46,693 bases of DNA, taken from assembly GCA_043825735.1 (NCBI GenBank), contig JBDRRP010000041.1, positions 62,001 through 108,693 on the forward strand, written 5' to 3'. Source of the DNA: Pseudomonadota bacterium (GTDB taxonomy: Bacteria; Desulfobacterota; Desulfobacteria; Desulfobacterales; JBDRRP01). Position 1 is the stretch's first letter; every line of letters begins with the position of its first letter. This document shows, in pieces, positions 19,042 through 27,560 of this stretch. Both the position numbers and the translations under genes were made by a program. The notes below the pieces were generated by a model. That model ran no database searches and was not told where the DNA came from. It saw only the letters and a program-made list of their open reading frames with translations.

Positions 19042-19914
19042 ATGACGCAACGCATCGGATTTATCGGACTGGGCATCATGGGCGGCGGCATGGCCGCCAA
19101 CCTGCTGAAAGCCGGCCACCCGCTGGTGGTCACCAATAGAACGAAAGCCAAGGCCGACGTGTTGGTGGCTGCGGGCGCCCGGTGGGCCGATACGCCGCGG
19201 GCCGTGGCCGAATCGGCGGATGTGCTGTTCACGATGCTGAGCACGCCGGCCGTTGTGAGAGAAACCGCGGTAAGCCCAGAGGGTTTGCTGAACGGGCTCG
19301 CGCCCGGCAGTTTGTGGGTGGACTGCAGTACGTTGGACCCGGCATCTTCAAGAGAAATGGCCGCAGCGGCAGCTGCGCGCGGCATCCGGTTCGTGGACGC
19401 CCCGGTGGCCGGCAGCCGCGTTCCGGCCCAAAAGGGCGAACTGGTTTTCTTTGCCGGCGGAGACGCGGCCGATGTGAACCGGTGCCGTCCGTTTTTCGAG
19501 GCGATGGGAAAAAGGACCGTTCACGTGGGCGGCGCCGGCATGGGAGCCGCCATGAAGATGGTCTTCAACCTGATGCTCGGAATTTCCATGGGCGCCTTCG
19601 CCGAGGCCCTGTCCCTGGGCGCGGCCCTGGGCCTTTCCCGCGAGCAGCTCATGGACACGCTCATGGGCTCGCCGGTAGCGGCGCCGTTCATTGCGCTCAA
19701 ACGCCCCAAAATCGAAGCCGGGGAGTACGCCCCTGACTTTCCCCTAAAATGGATGCACAAGGATCTTCAACTGGTGGCCCAGGCCGCAGTCGACGCCGGA
19801 ACGTCCCTTCCCATCGAAAAGGCCGCCAAGACGCGCTTTGGCGACGCGGTCAGGAAACGTCTGGGCGAAAACGATTTCTCCGCCATTTGCAGCCTGATGC
19901 AGAAAATGTCTTGA
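19042..19914 (+). CDS. Beta-hydroxyacid dehydrogenase (3-hydroxyisobutyrate DH family)
   Basis: GFIGLGIMG, DAPVAGS, MKMVFN, KDL. Confidence 0.93.
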   Translation: MTQRIGFIGLGIMGGGMAANLLKAGHPLVVTNRTKAKADVLVAAGARWADTPRAVAESADVLFTMLSTPAVVRETAVSPEGLLNGLAPGSLWVDCSTLDPASSREMAAAAAARGIRFVDAPVAGSRVPAQKGELVFFAGGDAADVNRCRPFFEAMGKRTVHVGGAGMGAAMKMVFNLMLGISMGAFAEALSLGAALGLSREQLMDTLMGSPVAAPFIALKRPKIEAGEYAPDFPLKWMHKDLQLVAQAAVDAGTSLPIEKAAKTRFGDAVRKRLGENDFSAICSLMQKMS

Positions 19915-20125
19915 TCGTGGCCGGGTGGTCCTTCAAACAATGCCGTCAATCGTCATCACGGACGTGATCCGGCATCCAGCGCCGCCATTCAAGGGGCGAA
20001 ATGACGCTCAGGCACTGCGCTGCCGGCTTGTAAAAGTGGCTCTGGGCCAACAACGTTTTTCTTTTTTTCCAGCCGGCAATTTCTCTGCAAGCCCATAACC
20101 ATGGGGCAAGGGAGCCTTATCCCGG

Positions 20126-22183
20126 ATGCATTACCTGGACATCTTACTGGCATTGATCACCCATCACCCGGTGCTGGCCTACGGGGCGGTGTTTCTGGTC
20201 AGCCTTTCCGAATCCCTGGCCTTGGTGGGGTTGTTCATTCCGGGCACGGTGGTCATGTTCGGTGTCGGCGCGATCGTGGCAACGGGCAGTCTCGGACTGG
20301 TCCCCGTACTCGTTCTGGCCGCTGCAGGGGCCATTGCCGGCGACGGAATCAGCTACTGGCTCGGCCGTCGATACAAGGAAACGCTGAGAGGCCTGTGGCC
20401 GTTCTCCCGTTATTCGGGCATGCTGGACAAAGGCGAGGTCTTTTTCCGCCGCCACGGGGGTAAAAGTGTTCTTCTGGGCCGTTTTATCGGTCCGATCCGC
20501 CCGGTCATTCCGGTGGTGGCCGGGATGCTCGGCATGGGGCCGGTGGCGTTTGCCGTGGTTAACGTGCTCTCGGCCATCGGCTGGTCCCTGGGCTACATCA
20601 TGCCCGGCGTCCTTTTCGGCACCTCACTGGCGGTGGCCGGAACGGTCAGCACGCGACTGGCCGTGCTGGTGTTCATGCTCGTGGTCACTATCTGGGCCTT
20701 TATCTGGCTGGGCCGCAAACTGGTCTCCCTGGTCGCCTACACCGTGCCGGCCGGGCTGGCCGCCCTGGAAGCGTGGGCCGCCAGAGACGCGACGTCCCGC
20801 GGGGCGGTGCGCCGCATCAAACACTTTCTGTCGGACCCGCGATTGCGTCACCAGGGCGAGCATTTGTTCTTCGCCTTTCTGGTGCTGCTGCTGCTGGTGG
20901 CCGGGTGGGGGTTTTTTGTCGTCCTGGAGGATGTCCTGGCCAGAGACCCGCTGGCGCTCGCGGATCAATCGGTTTATCGCTTTTTTCAATCCGTGCGGAT
21001 CTCCTGGTGGGACGACGTGTTCGTGACCATCACCGAACTCGGCGACGCCTTTGTGAATACTGTTCTGATCAGTGCGCTGGTCGTTGTGCTACTGGCCAAA
21101 CGCTGCTACCGTGCCGCCGGGTTCCTGGCGGCGACCGCGGTGGGGGGCATGCTGGTCGTGCAACTGCTCAAATGGGTCATCCACTTGCCGCGCCCCGTTG
21201 ACATCTACCACGGGGCATCGGCCTTCAGCTTCCCCAGCGGCCACGCGACCATGAGCGTCATCTGCTACGGGTTTCTCGCCATCCTGCTGGCCAGAGGGCT
21301 TTCCGGCCTATGGCGCTGGGGGCTGCTCACCGGCGTATTCGTCATCGCCTGCATGGTCGGAATCAGCCGTCTGTACCTGGGCGCCCACTGGCTCTCGGAT
21401 GTCGTCGGTGGCATCTTCTTTGGCGCGACCTGGGTGGCCGTTTTCGGCATCGCCTACCTGAAAGGGCCTGGAGACCGCATTCCACGAAGGCTTCTGGTAC
21501 TGACCGCGGCGCTTGTCATCCTCATCGCCGGCGGCTGGCACGTGTTCCAGCGCCACGACCGGGATCTCGCCTTTTACGCGCCGCAGCACAAAATAAGAAC
21601 GATGTCACTGGCGGCCTGGCAGGACGGCGGGTGGCGTCTGCTCCCGGCCGGGCTCATTGACATGACGGGCAGCCGCAAGGCACCGCTCAGCCTCCAGTGG
21701 GCCGGATCCCTCGATGCGCTGGCCCGGTATCTGCTGCTCCGCGGCTGGCAGTACCCGACGCCACTGAGCCTTAGAAATGCACTTGGGATGCTCTCTCCGG
21801 ATACGCCCATCGAAAAACTGCCGACGCTGCCGCGGCTTCACAGGGGCCGCCCTGAGCGCCTGCGCCTCGTTTACCGCGATCAGGGCCGGCGATGGGTGCT
21901 GCGGCTGTGGCCCGCCGATGCCACCATTACCGAAACCGGCAGCCCCGTCTTTCTGGGAACCATCACCGAGCAGCGACGCAGCAAGCTGACCGGGCTGATC
22001 TCCGCGGCACAGGACACGGACAATCCGGATCTGCCGCTGAGCACGCTGGGACAGATGCTCCAGGATAGATTTTCAGTAAAACTGGTCAGTCGGGCGGACA
22101 AGGAGATCCAGGTCAATCACGAAAACGCGCAGTTGCACCGTCGTGGGCGTGTGCTGCTGGTATGGGAGAAGACGTTGAAATGA
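20126..22183 (+). CDS. DedA + PAP2 phosphatase fusion with LssY-like C-terminal domain
   Basis: ESLALVGLFIPG/GRFIGPIR (DedA); K..I..PRP, SFPSGH, SRLYLGAHWLSDV (PAP2). Confidence 0.9.
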   Translation: MHYLDILLALITHHPVLAYGAVFLVSLSESLALVGLFIPGTVVMFGVGAIVATGSLGLVPVLVLAAAGAIAGDGISYWLGRRYKETLRGLWPFSRYSGMLDKGEVFFRRHGGKSVLLGRFIGPIRPVIPVVAGMLGMGPVAFAVVNVLSAIGWSLGYIMPGVLFGTSLAVAGTVSTRLAVLVFMLVVTIWAFIWLGRKLVSLVAYTVPAGLAALEAWAARDATSRGAVRRIKHFLSDPRLRHQGEHLFFAFLVLLLLVAGWGFFVVLEDVLARDPLALADQSVYRFFQSVRISWWDDVFVTITELGDAFVNTVLISALVVVLLAKRCYRAAGFLAATAVGGMLVVQLLKWVIHLPRPVDIYHGASAFSFPSGHATMSVICYGFLAILLARGLSGLWRWGLLTGVFVIACMVGISRLYLGAHWLSDVVGGIFFGATWVAVFGIAYLKGPGDRIPRRLLVLTAALVILIAGGWHVFQRHDRDLAFYAPQHKIRTMSLAAWQDGGWRLLPAGLIDMTGSRKAPLSLQWAGSLDALARYLLLRGWQYPTPLSLRNALGMLSPDTPIEKLPTLPRLHRGRPERLRLVYRDQGRRWVLRLWPADATITETGSPVFLGTITEQRRSKLTGLISAAQDTDNPDLPLSTLGQMLQDRFSVKLVSRADKEIQVNHENAQLHRRGRVLLVWEKTLK

Positions 22184-22476
22184 CACGGCCGCCATTAACC
22201 GCCTGGTTCAGAAAACGTCTGGATAGCGGTCTGATGGTCTTCCTGGCTTTCCCAGCTTTTCCTTAAACGGCACATTTTGGCCCCGAAAACATCCCTTTAA
22301 GCGCAGAAAAAGCCTCTGATTTTCGGCTGAACCACTGATAATAAGGCATCCAGCATGGCCCGGCCCCCGGCTGGCCCCCCAAAAAGAGGCTGGCGTGAAT
22401 TACCTAAGGGTGGTTTTTGAAAAAGTAAAAAGAATCCAGAGCAATATACTGATGACGAGTAGTAATTCAAGAATTC

Positions 22477-22537
22477 GCCTAACCAAGCAAATTCAGCCGA
22501 CGCCAAAAAGCGGCGCGGCTGATTTGCAACGTTGGCC
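22477..22537 (+). mobile_element. Integron attC site 1
   Basis: R'' GCCTAAC (22477-83), imperfect hairpin GCAAAT(T)CAGCCG(A)CGCC-AAAAAGC-GGCG-CGGCTG-ATTTGC with two extrahelical bases, R' GTTGGCC (22531-37); 61 bp. Confidence 0.85.
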
Positions 22538-23287
22538 ATGACTCATGACACGAGATTAGCCATGACACACGAAGCATCACAAGGCGGCAGGATAGACCGC
22601 ATATGGCTGGCGTTCCTGGTGGTCGCAGGGGGTGTCTTGAGCGCGTATCTTGCAACGAGTGCTTTCGACGCAACTGTCTCTCTGTCTGGCATTCTTTGCG
22701 TTGGCCTTATCGCAATTGGCCGCCGGGAGGGGTACCTAATTGGCCTTTACAACAGCCTTTCTTATTCGATTCTGGCCTATGGCAACGGACTCTATGGAGA
22801 GGTCTACCTGAACCTTCTGTTCTTCGTCCCAACTGGCGTCATCGGTTATGTGATGTGGTCTCGCCACACGAGGCAGGACAGAACGGTTGAGATGAGGCAA
22901 CTTGGCTGGAAGCAACGGTTTGCCGTGGCAGTCATCTGCATCGCGTCCACAGTCGGACTTGGGCTCCTACTCGGGCTGAATCCTCGCCAGAATACGCCTT
23001 TCATTGACGCCACCACCAACGTGCTGTCCGTCGTGGCTACATTTCTGATGATGTGGCGGTACAAGGAGCAGTGGCTCCTGTACATCCTGCTCAACATTGT
23101 CACAATTGGTATGTGGTTTCTGCGCTTCAGAGCTGGGGGCGCAGCAGGAGATTTGATGATCCTGATGTGGTCGCTGTTCCTCTTGAATGCTCTATTTGGG
23201 TGCTGGCGTTGGCACGTGGGCACGAAGAGCCCACGGGTGGCGGCCCCCTGTGTGAACCCTGAGGGAGAAACATGCAACGTGGCCTAA
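22538..23287 (+). CDS. pnuC: Nicotinamide riboside transporter PnuC (cassette gene)
   Basis: ~7 TM; LYGEVYLN, IDATTNVLSVVATFLM..RYKEQWLLYI..N; ATG immediately after R' of attC1 (alternative ATG 22562). Confidence 0.88.
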   Translation: MTHDTRLAMTHEASQGGRIDRIWLAFLVVAGGVLSAYLATSAFDATVSLSGILCVGLIAIGRREGYLIGLYNSLSYSILAYGNGLYGEVYLNLLFFVPTGVIGYVMWSRHTRQDRTVEMRQLGWKQRFAVAVICIASTVGLGLLLGLNPRQNTPFIDATTNVLSVVATFLMMWRYKEQWLLYILLNIVTIGMWFLRFRAGGAAGDLMILMWSLFLLNALFGCWRWHVGTKSPRVAAPCVNPEGETCNVA

Positions 23288-24417
23288 CGCTGGGCAAGTT
23301 CGCCCCATTCCATCGAGGGCACCAGATGCTCGTGGAGACCGCTCTGGCCGAGGTGGACGAACTCGTCGTCATGGTCTACGCCACTGACGTGATCGACGTG
23401 CCTCTTCAGGTCCTCGCCCGATGGATACTAGAGCTTTACCCGGCAATCCGGATCATCGAGGCATGGGACGGTCCAGACGGCTACGGTGACACCCCGGAGA
23501 TCTGTCGCGAGCAGGAAGACTACATTTTCATGAAGCTCAACGGGCTGCGCATTACACATTTCTACTCCAGCGAATTCTATGGGGACCACGTCAGCCGGGC
23601 TCTTGGCGCGGTCGACCGCAGAATTGACGAGGCACGCACAGTCGTGCCTATCAGCGGGACGACTCTCCGAGAGGACTATTTTGCTGGTCGGCAGTACCTC
23701 GCCCCTGCGGTGTATGCCGACCTGATCACGAAAGTGTGCTTCATGGGCGCACCCTCGACAGGCAAGACAACCCTCGCCCGAACGATGGCTGAACGGCACA
23801 ATACCGTGTGGATGCCGGAGTACGGCGCAGAGTATTGGCTTGAGCACCATGTTGACCGACGGATCTCTCTGGATCAGTTTGAGGAAATCGCACCAGAACA
23901 CAACAGCAGGGAGGACGCGCTGACGTTGGAGTCCCGCAAGTACCTCTTTTGTGACACGAGCCCGATCACAACGTATGTCTTTGCGAAGGACTACCATGGC
24001 GTCGCCGGTCCGATTTTGACCCGATTGGCGATGGAAGCGGAGAAACGGTACGACTTGTACTTCCTCTGCGACACGGATATTCCTTATGCGGACACATGGG
24101 ATCGCAGCGGGGATCAGAAAAGGAAGTGGTTTCAGGATCAGATCGTCGGCGACCTTGCCGAAAGGATGGTACCATTTTTCAGAGTCAGCGGGACGATAGA
24201 TGAACGAGTTTTGCAGGTAGACGAAGTGCTTCGACAGTACCGGAAGTTCGGCAACGTGCTGGACATCCGACAAAGCGTGTCAGCGACGGACTGTCACCGA
24301 TCAAGACGACAGACAAGAGTGGCCAATCGGGTAGCCGGGGGTTTTTCTCCCCCAGTCCCCACACCACCTATTAAGCGGGTCCGCACTAGGCGGTTCCCAA
24401 AGAACATCGAGCCGTAG
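23272..24417 (+). CDS. nadR: NadR-like NMN adenylyltransferase / ribosylnicotinamide kinase without HTH; its last ~30 codons are read from the antisense intron
   Basis: GKFAPFHRGH (HxGH), ISGTTLR, GAPSTGKTT P-loop, PEYG, LFCDT, YDLYFL; GAGGGAG RBS. Confidence 0.85.
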   Translation: MQRGLTLGKFAPFHRGHQMLVETALAEVDELVVMVYATDVIDVPLQVLARWILELYPAIRIIEAWDGPDGYGDTPEICREQEDYIFMKLNGLRITHFYSSEFYGDHVSRALGAVDRRIDEARTVVPISGTTLREDYFAGRQYLAPAVYADLITKVCFMGAPSTGKTTLARTMAERHNTVWMPEYGAEYWLEHHVDRRISLDQFEEIAPEHNSREDALTLESRKYLFCDTSPITTYVFAKDYHGVAGPILTRLAMEAEKRYDLYFLCDTDIPYADTWDRSGDQKRKWFQDQIVGDLAERMVPFFRVSGTIDERVLQVDEVLRQYRKFGNVLDIRQSVSATDCHRSRRQTRVANRVAGGFSPPVPTPPIKRVRTRRFPKNIEP

Positions 24418-24676
24418 CTGGATAAAGTGTAGGTCACAGATCTTTGAAAAGACGGTGGCAGCTGATCGTTACACGCGGCAACGCCCTCTTGACCTGCGAA
24501 GCTTTGGCGAAGCGGGTTGCCGTCAGCTAATGTTTGTGCCTATGTCTCACGACATTGGCAGGGTTCACACATTGGGGGCTTGCTCCCCATAAGTTCACGC
24601 CCATGCCGGGCGTACACAATTCACTGGTGCTGACCCGGCCAAAAAGCGGCCGAGCTGCACAGTTCAGCCGTTCTAC
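24319..24676 (+). mobile_element. Integron attC site 2, split by the intron (24319-24325 + 24616-24676)
   Basis: Rejoined TGGCCA|ACAATTCACTGGTGCTGACCCGGCCAAAAAGCGGCCGAGCTGCACAGTTCAGCCGTTCTAC; TGGCCAAC is the exact complement of the cassette-start GTTGGCCA; shares the CCAAAAAGCGG loop with attC1. Confidence 0.8.
24326..24615 (-). mobile_element. 290-nt ORF-less group IIC-attC intron derivative
   Basis: 5' end GTACGCCCGGCATGGGCG after exon TTGT; 3' end DV GAACCGCCTAGTGCGGACCCGCTTAATAGGTGGT (CGC triad) and DVI GGGGACTGGGGGAGAAAAACCCCCGGCTACCCGAT, then exon T. Confidence 0.88.
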
Positions 24677-24713
24677 TCATTTAATTGAGTACAAGGAAAA
24701 AAGGAAGGGAGTA

Positions 24714-25115
24714 CTAACTGACCCAGTTTTCAATCTTTAAGTTCGGTACGCGATTGAATTCTTTCTCGTTATTCGTGATCAGTGTGCTGGAAAGTGAAAT
24801 TGCGTGAGCCGCGATCAGCATATCCAGAGACCCAATCGGCGTACCCTGTATTTCTAAGTGAGTTCTCAGGTCACCATAATACTGCGCGGCTTCACCGCCG
24901 AAAGGCATAATTTCCAATGGCGCAGCAAATTGTGTCAACGCCATAAGGTTCTGCTCGGGTTTTGAGCTTTTTGAGACACCGTAAAAAAGTTCACTCAAGG
25001 TAATGGATGAAATGGAAATTTCTGAAATATCAGTTTGTCTGAAACGCTCTAATACAACGGCAGGTTTCTGTTTGATGAGATAGATGCAGATATTCGTGTC
25101 GAGCATATATTTCAT
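24714..25115 (-). CDS. vapC: VapC PIN-domain toxin
   Basis: YMLDTNICIY, ITLSEL, IGSLDMLIAAHA, TNNEKEF. Confidence 0.95.
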   Translation of the reverse strand: MKYMLDTNICIYLIKQKPAVVLERFRQTDISEISISSITLSELFYGVSKSSKPEQNLMALTQFAAPLEIMPFGGEAAQYYGDLRTHLEIQGTPIGSLDMLIAAHAISLSSTLITNNEKEFNRVPNLKIENWVS

Positions 25116-25342
25116 TAAATATTATCCCTTGGATCTTGGTCGGGCTGCTCTCTGTTTTCCATAAAGTCATCGGTAAACTGATCAAGGCTGTTGACCAGTG
25201 AGGACCAGGGGTCGTCTTTTGGCAGCAAGACTACCATCTTACCGATTTTTTTGATAAAAACATCATTATCCGTAAACCTGAAATCTTTAGGTAACCTTAC
25301 GGCCTGGCTACGCCCATTTATAAATATTTTTGCGGTTTCCAT
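25115..25342 (-). CDS. vapB: VapB (AbrB/MazE-type) antitoxin
   Basis: TAKIFINGRSQAVRLPKDFRF; 1-nt overlap with vapC; GGAGG RBS. Confidence 0.95.
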   Translation of the reverse strand: METAKIFINGRSQAVRLPKDFRFTDNDVFIKKIGKMVVLLPKDDPWSSLVNSLDQFTDDFMENREQPDQDPRDNI

Positions 25343-25359
25343 GTTGCACCTCCAGCTTG

Positions 25360-25399
25360 ATAGATACCAAAGTCTATACCTTTAGGGGCGGGTTGTCAA
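25360..25399 (-). promoter_or_regulatory. vapBC sigma-70 promoter with overlapping operator-like repeats
   Basis: TTGACA (25399-25394), 17-nt spacer, TAGACT (25376-25371); GTATAGAC-N4-GTATCTAT overlaps the -10. Confidence 0.7.
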
Positions 25400-25409
25400 A
25401 GCGTGGACA

Positions 25410-25500
25410 CAGGAGGCCATCGAGATTTTCGCACTGAGGGTCAGCGCTTATAGCCTGATGAGCACGCACGATCACCTTTTGGTGCAAACACCGGATGCAA
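25410..25500 (+). pseudogene. Fragment of a REP-associated tyrosine (Y1/HUH) transposase
   Basis: QEAIEIFALRVSAYSLMSTHDHLLVQTPDA resembles the RAYT core 'AYCLMxNHxHLL.TP'; rest of the gene is absent. Confidence 0.7.
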
Positions 25501-25553
25501 AGTTTGGTCCTTATCTACTTAAGCCTGATGGCTTCGTAAAAAGTCCCAAAGTT

Positions 25554-25767
25554 CGTCACCCCGGCGACCTGTCCGCCATATTTTGCAACTGCTGAAAATC
25601 CCTGTGAGTTTTTGTACTGGAAAGGATAGGGTATCGGGCGATCTCAATGCTGATGGCGGGAGCCCTATCCGCGGTCCCATATTCTCAAGCTTCCCGGCCC
25701 CCGGCCCCCGGCCTTCCGCCGCCGAAGCTAAGGCGGATGACATGGCGGACAGGTCGTCGGGGTGACG
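25554..25767. repeat. 214-bp REP/MITE-like element with 26-bp inverted repeats
   Basis: CGTCACCCCGGCGACCTGTCCGCCAT (25554-79) versus ATGGCGGACAGGTCGTCGGGGTGACG (25742-67), 25/26 match. Confidence 0.7.
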
Positions 25768-25787
25768 GTTTTATGAAGCGTTTACGC

Positions 25788-26906
25788 TTAAACGAACCTC
25801 GCCTTCCACGCCTTCATTTTCTCCGGCGGCCACTGGACGCAAAAGGCCGGCCGGCCCTTCATGACCATCTGCACGCAGGCATCGCCGCAGTCGGGGTTGC
25901 AGTGGATGATGTCGGCCTCACGGCCCGCTCGCACCTTCCGGGGCCACTCGGGATCGGCCCAGAGCACCCGCGCCAGACCGATGAGATCCGCCTGACCGCC
26001 GGCAAGCGCCTGCTCGGCCACGGCCCCGTCGCTGATCCGCCCGGCCGCCACCACCGGAATGGAAACGGCTTTTTTGATGCCTTCAGCCAGATCCAGCATG
26101 TAGCCCGGCGCTTTTGACTTTTCCACGATGTGGGGCAAAAAGAAGGACTCGTAGGTGCCGCCCATCACCGACAGGTAGGCGATGCCCGCTTCGGCCAACG
26201 CCTTGGCGACAACGGCGCTTTCGGCCGTCTCAAGACCGCCGGGCAGCCATTCATCGGCCAGAAACCGGTAGCCCACCGGAAGCGCTCCCAAGGCAGCCTT
26301 CACCGTTGCCGCCACCTCCAGGGCAAAACGCTGCCGGTTTTCCAGAGAGCCGCCGTAGCGGTCGTTTCTCTGATTGGTGTGCGGCGACAGAAACTGGGCC
26401 AGCAGGTATCCGGTGCCGCCGTGCAGTTCGATCATGTCAAAGCCGGCCTGCTTGGCCCGCCGGGCGGCGCCAGCGAACTTTTCGACAATAAGGGCAATTT
26501 CTTCTTCAGCGAGCGCCCGCGGCGTTCGCTCGAAGGCGGCAACGGCCGACGGCGCCACCGGCTCGGCTGCGGCGTGGGCAAACCGCCCCGCATGATTGAG
26601 CTGAAGACAGGCCAGGGCGCCTTCATCTTTGATGGCGCGCGCCAGTTTTTTCAGCCCGGGCAGGTTATCCTCGGTGTCCGCCCTGATGGTGCGGCGGGAA
26701 CCGCTGCCCCCTTCGAAATCGACGGTGCAGTTTTCCACCACCACCATGGCCACGCCGCTTTTGGCCATGAGCCGGTAATGATCCAGCAGCATAGGGCTCA
26801 CCGTGCCGCCGTCGCCGGCGTAGCCCAGATAGGTGGGCGCCATGATGAGCCGGTTTTTCAGCGTCAAACCCCCGACGCGCAATTCTGAGAAAAGTGTTTC
26901 GTACAT
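25788..26906 (-). CDS. NADH:flavin oxidoreductase (Old Yellow Enzyme family)
   Basis: LKNRLIMAP, QLNHAGR, AGFDMIELHGGTGYLLAQFLSP..NQRND.YGGSLENR, ADPEWP.K. Confidence 0.95.
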   Translation of the reverse strand: MYETLFSELRVGGLTLKNRLIMAPTYLGYAGDGGTVSPMLLDHYRLMAKSGVAMVVVENCTVDFEGGSGSRRTIRADTEDNLPGLKKLARAIKDEGALACLQLNHAGRFAHAAAEPVAPSAVAAFERTPRALAEEEIALIVEKFAGAARRAKQAGFDMIELHGGTGYLLAQFLSPHTNQRNDRYGGSLENRQRFALEVAATVKAALGALPVGYRFLADEWLPGGLETAESAVVAKALAEAGIAYLSVMGGTYESFFLPHIVEKSKAPGYMLDLAEGIKKAVSIPVVAAGRISDGAVAEQALAGGQADLIGLARVLWADPEWPRKVRAGREADIIHCNPDCGDACVQMVMKGRPAFCVQWPPEKMKAWKARFV

Positions 26907-27018
26907 GACATTCCCTCCTTAGTGTCCATCCCCATGACGGTATCGAAAAAAGTCAGGGCGCACCGGTCGCGGCGCTGATGCGCAGTGAAAATCGCTCACG
27001 CAATTTTTTCCTGCAGTT

Positions 27019-27560
27019 CTCTGCGTCTCCGCGGCTCTGCGCGAAACATATCTTCGGGTTGATCATCATTGTGGCCGAAACCGGCGCCGTTGACAAGAGG
27101 TGCGGCATGCGGTTTGCGAGACAGTCCATAACCGACAGAAAATACTGGATCCCGGATCTCGCTTCACTCGTCCGGGATGACGGTTTTTGGTGTTGTGACA
27201 CAGCCTCCTTCGCCGGGATGACATATAGCAATTGTCATAAATACGTTCCGTTTGCACAACAACGCCTGGTGAACATCGAAATCGAAATCGCTATCGGTAT
27301 CGGTATCGGCCTTAAAAACATCGATTCCGATACCGATTTCGATACCGACCCCGATGGGATCTTGGGGATGAATCAGGACATTATTCTGACAAGTACTATA
27401 AAAAACTTTCTCTGCGCCTCTTCGGTGAAATGCATTTTAGTTGAAGCACTGCAGCGACTGATCATCCCATCCGCGAATTCCGGGATACGCTTATGCATAA
27501 AGCTCCAGTTGGTCTTTTCCCAAAGTGATGTTGAACCAGTCACGGAGGACACGGAGATTT
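27019..27560. repeat. Mosaic of several REP-like/short-period repeats in a long intergenic region
   Basis: CTCTGCGTCTCCGCGGCTCTGCG (27019), GATCCCGGA..TCCGGGATGAC (27146-81), CCGGGATGAC (to 27222), ATCGAAATCGAAATCGCTATCGGTATCGGTATCG/CGATTCCGATACCGATTTCGATACCGACCCCGAT (27275-27355), CACGGAGGACACGGAG (27541). Confidence 0.6.

Noticed and set aside
24534..24740. 68-aa ORF MCLCLTT...
   Set aside because: Made up of the antisense intron 5' end plus attC2; not an independent gene
22190..25770. Complete integron (intI/attI) or intact retroelement
   Set aside because: No tyrosine recombinase or reverse transcriptase ORF anywhere in the window
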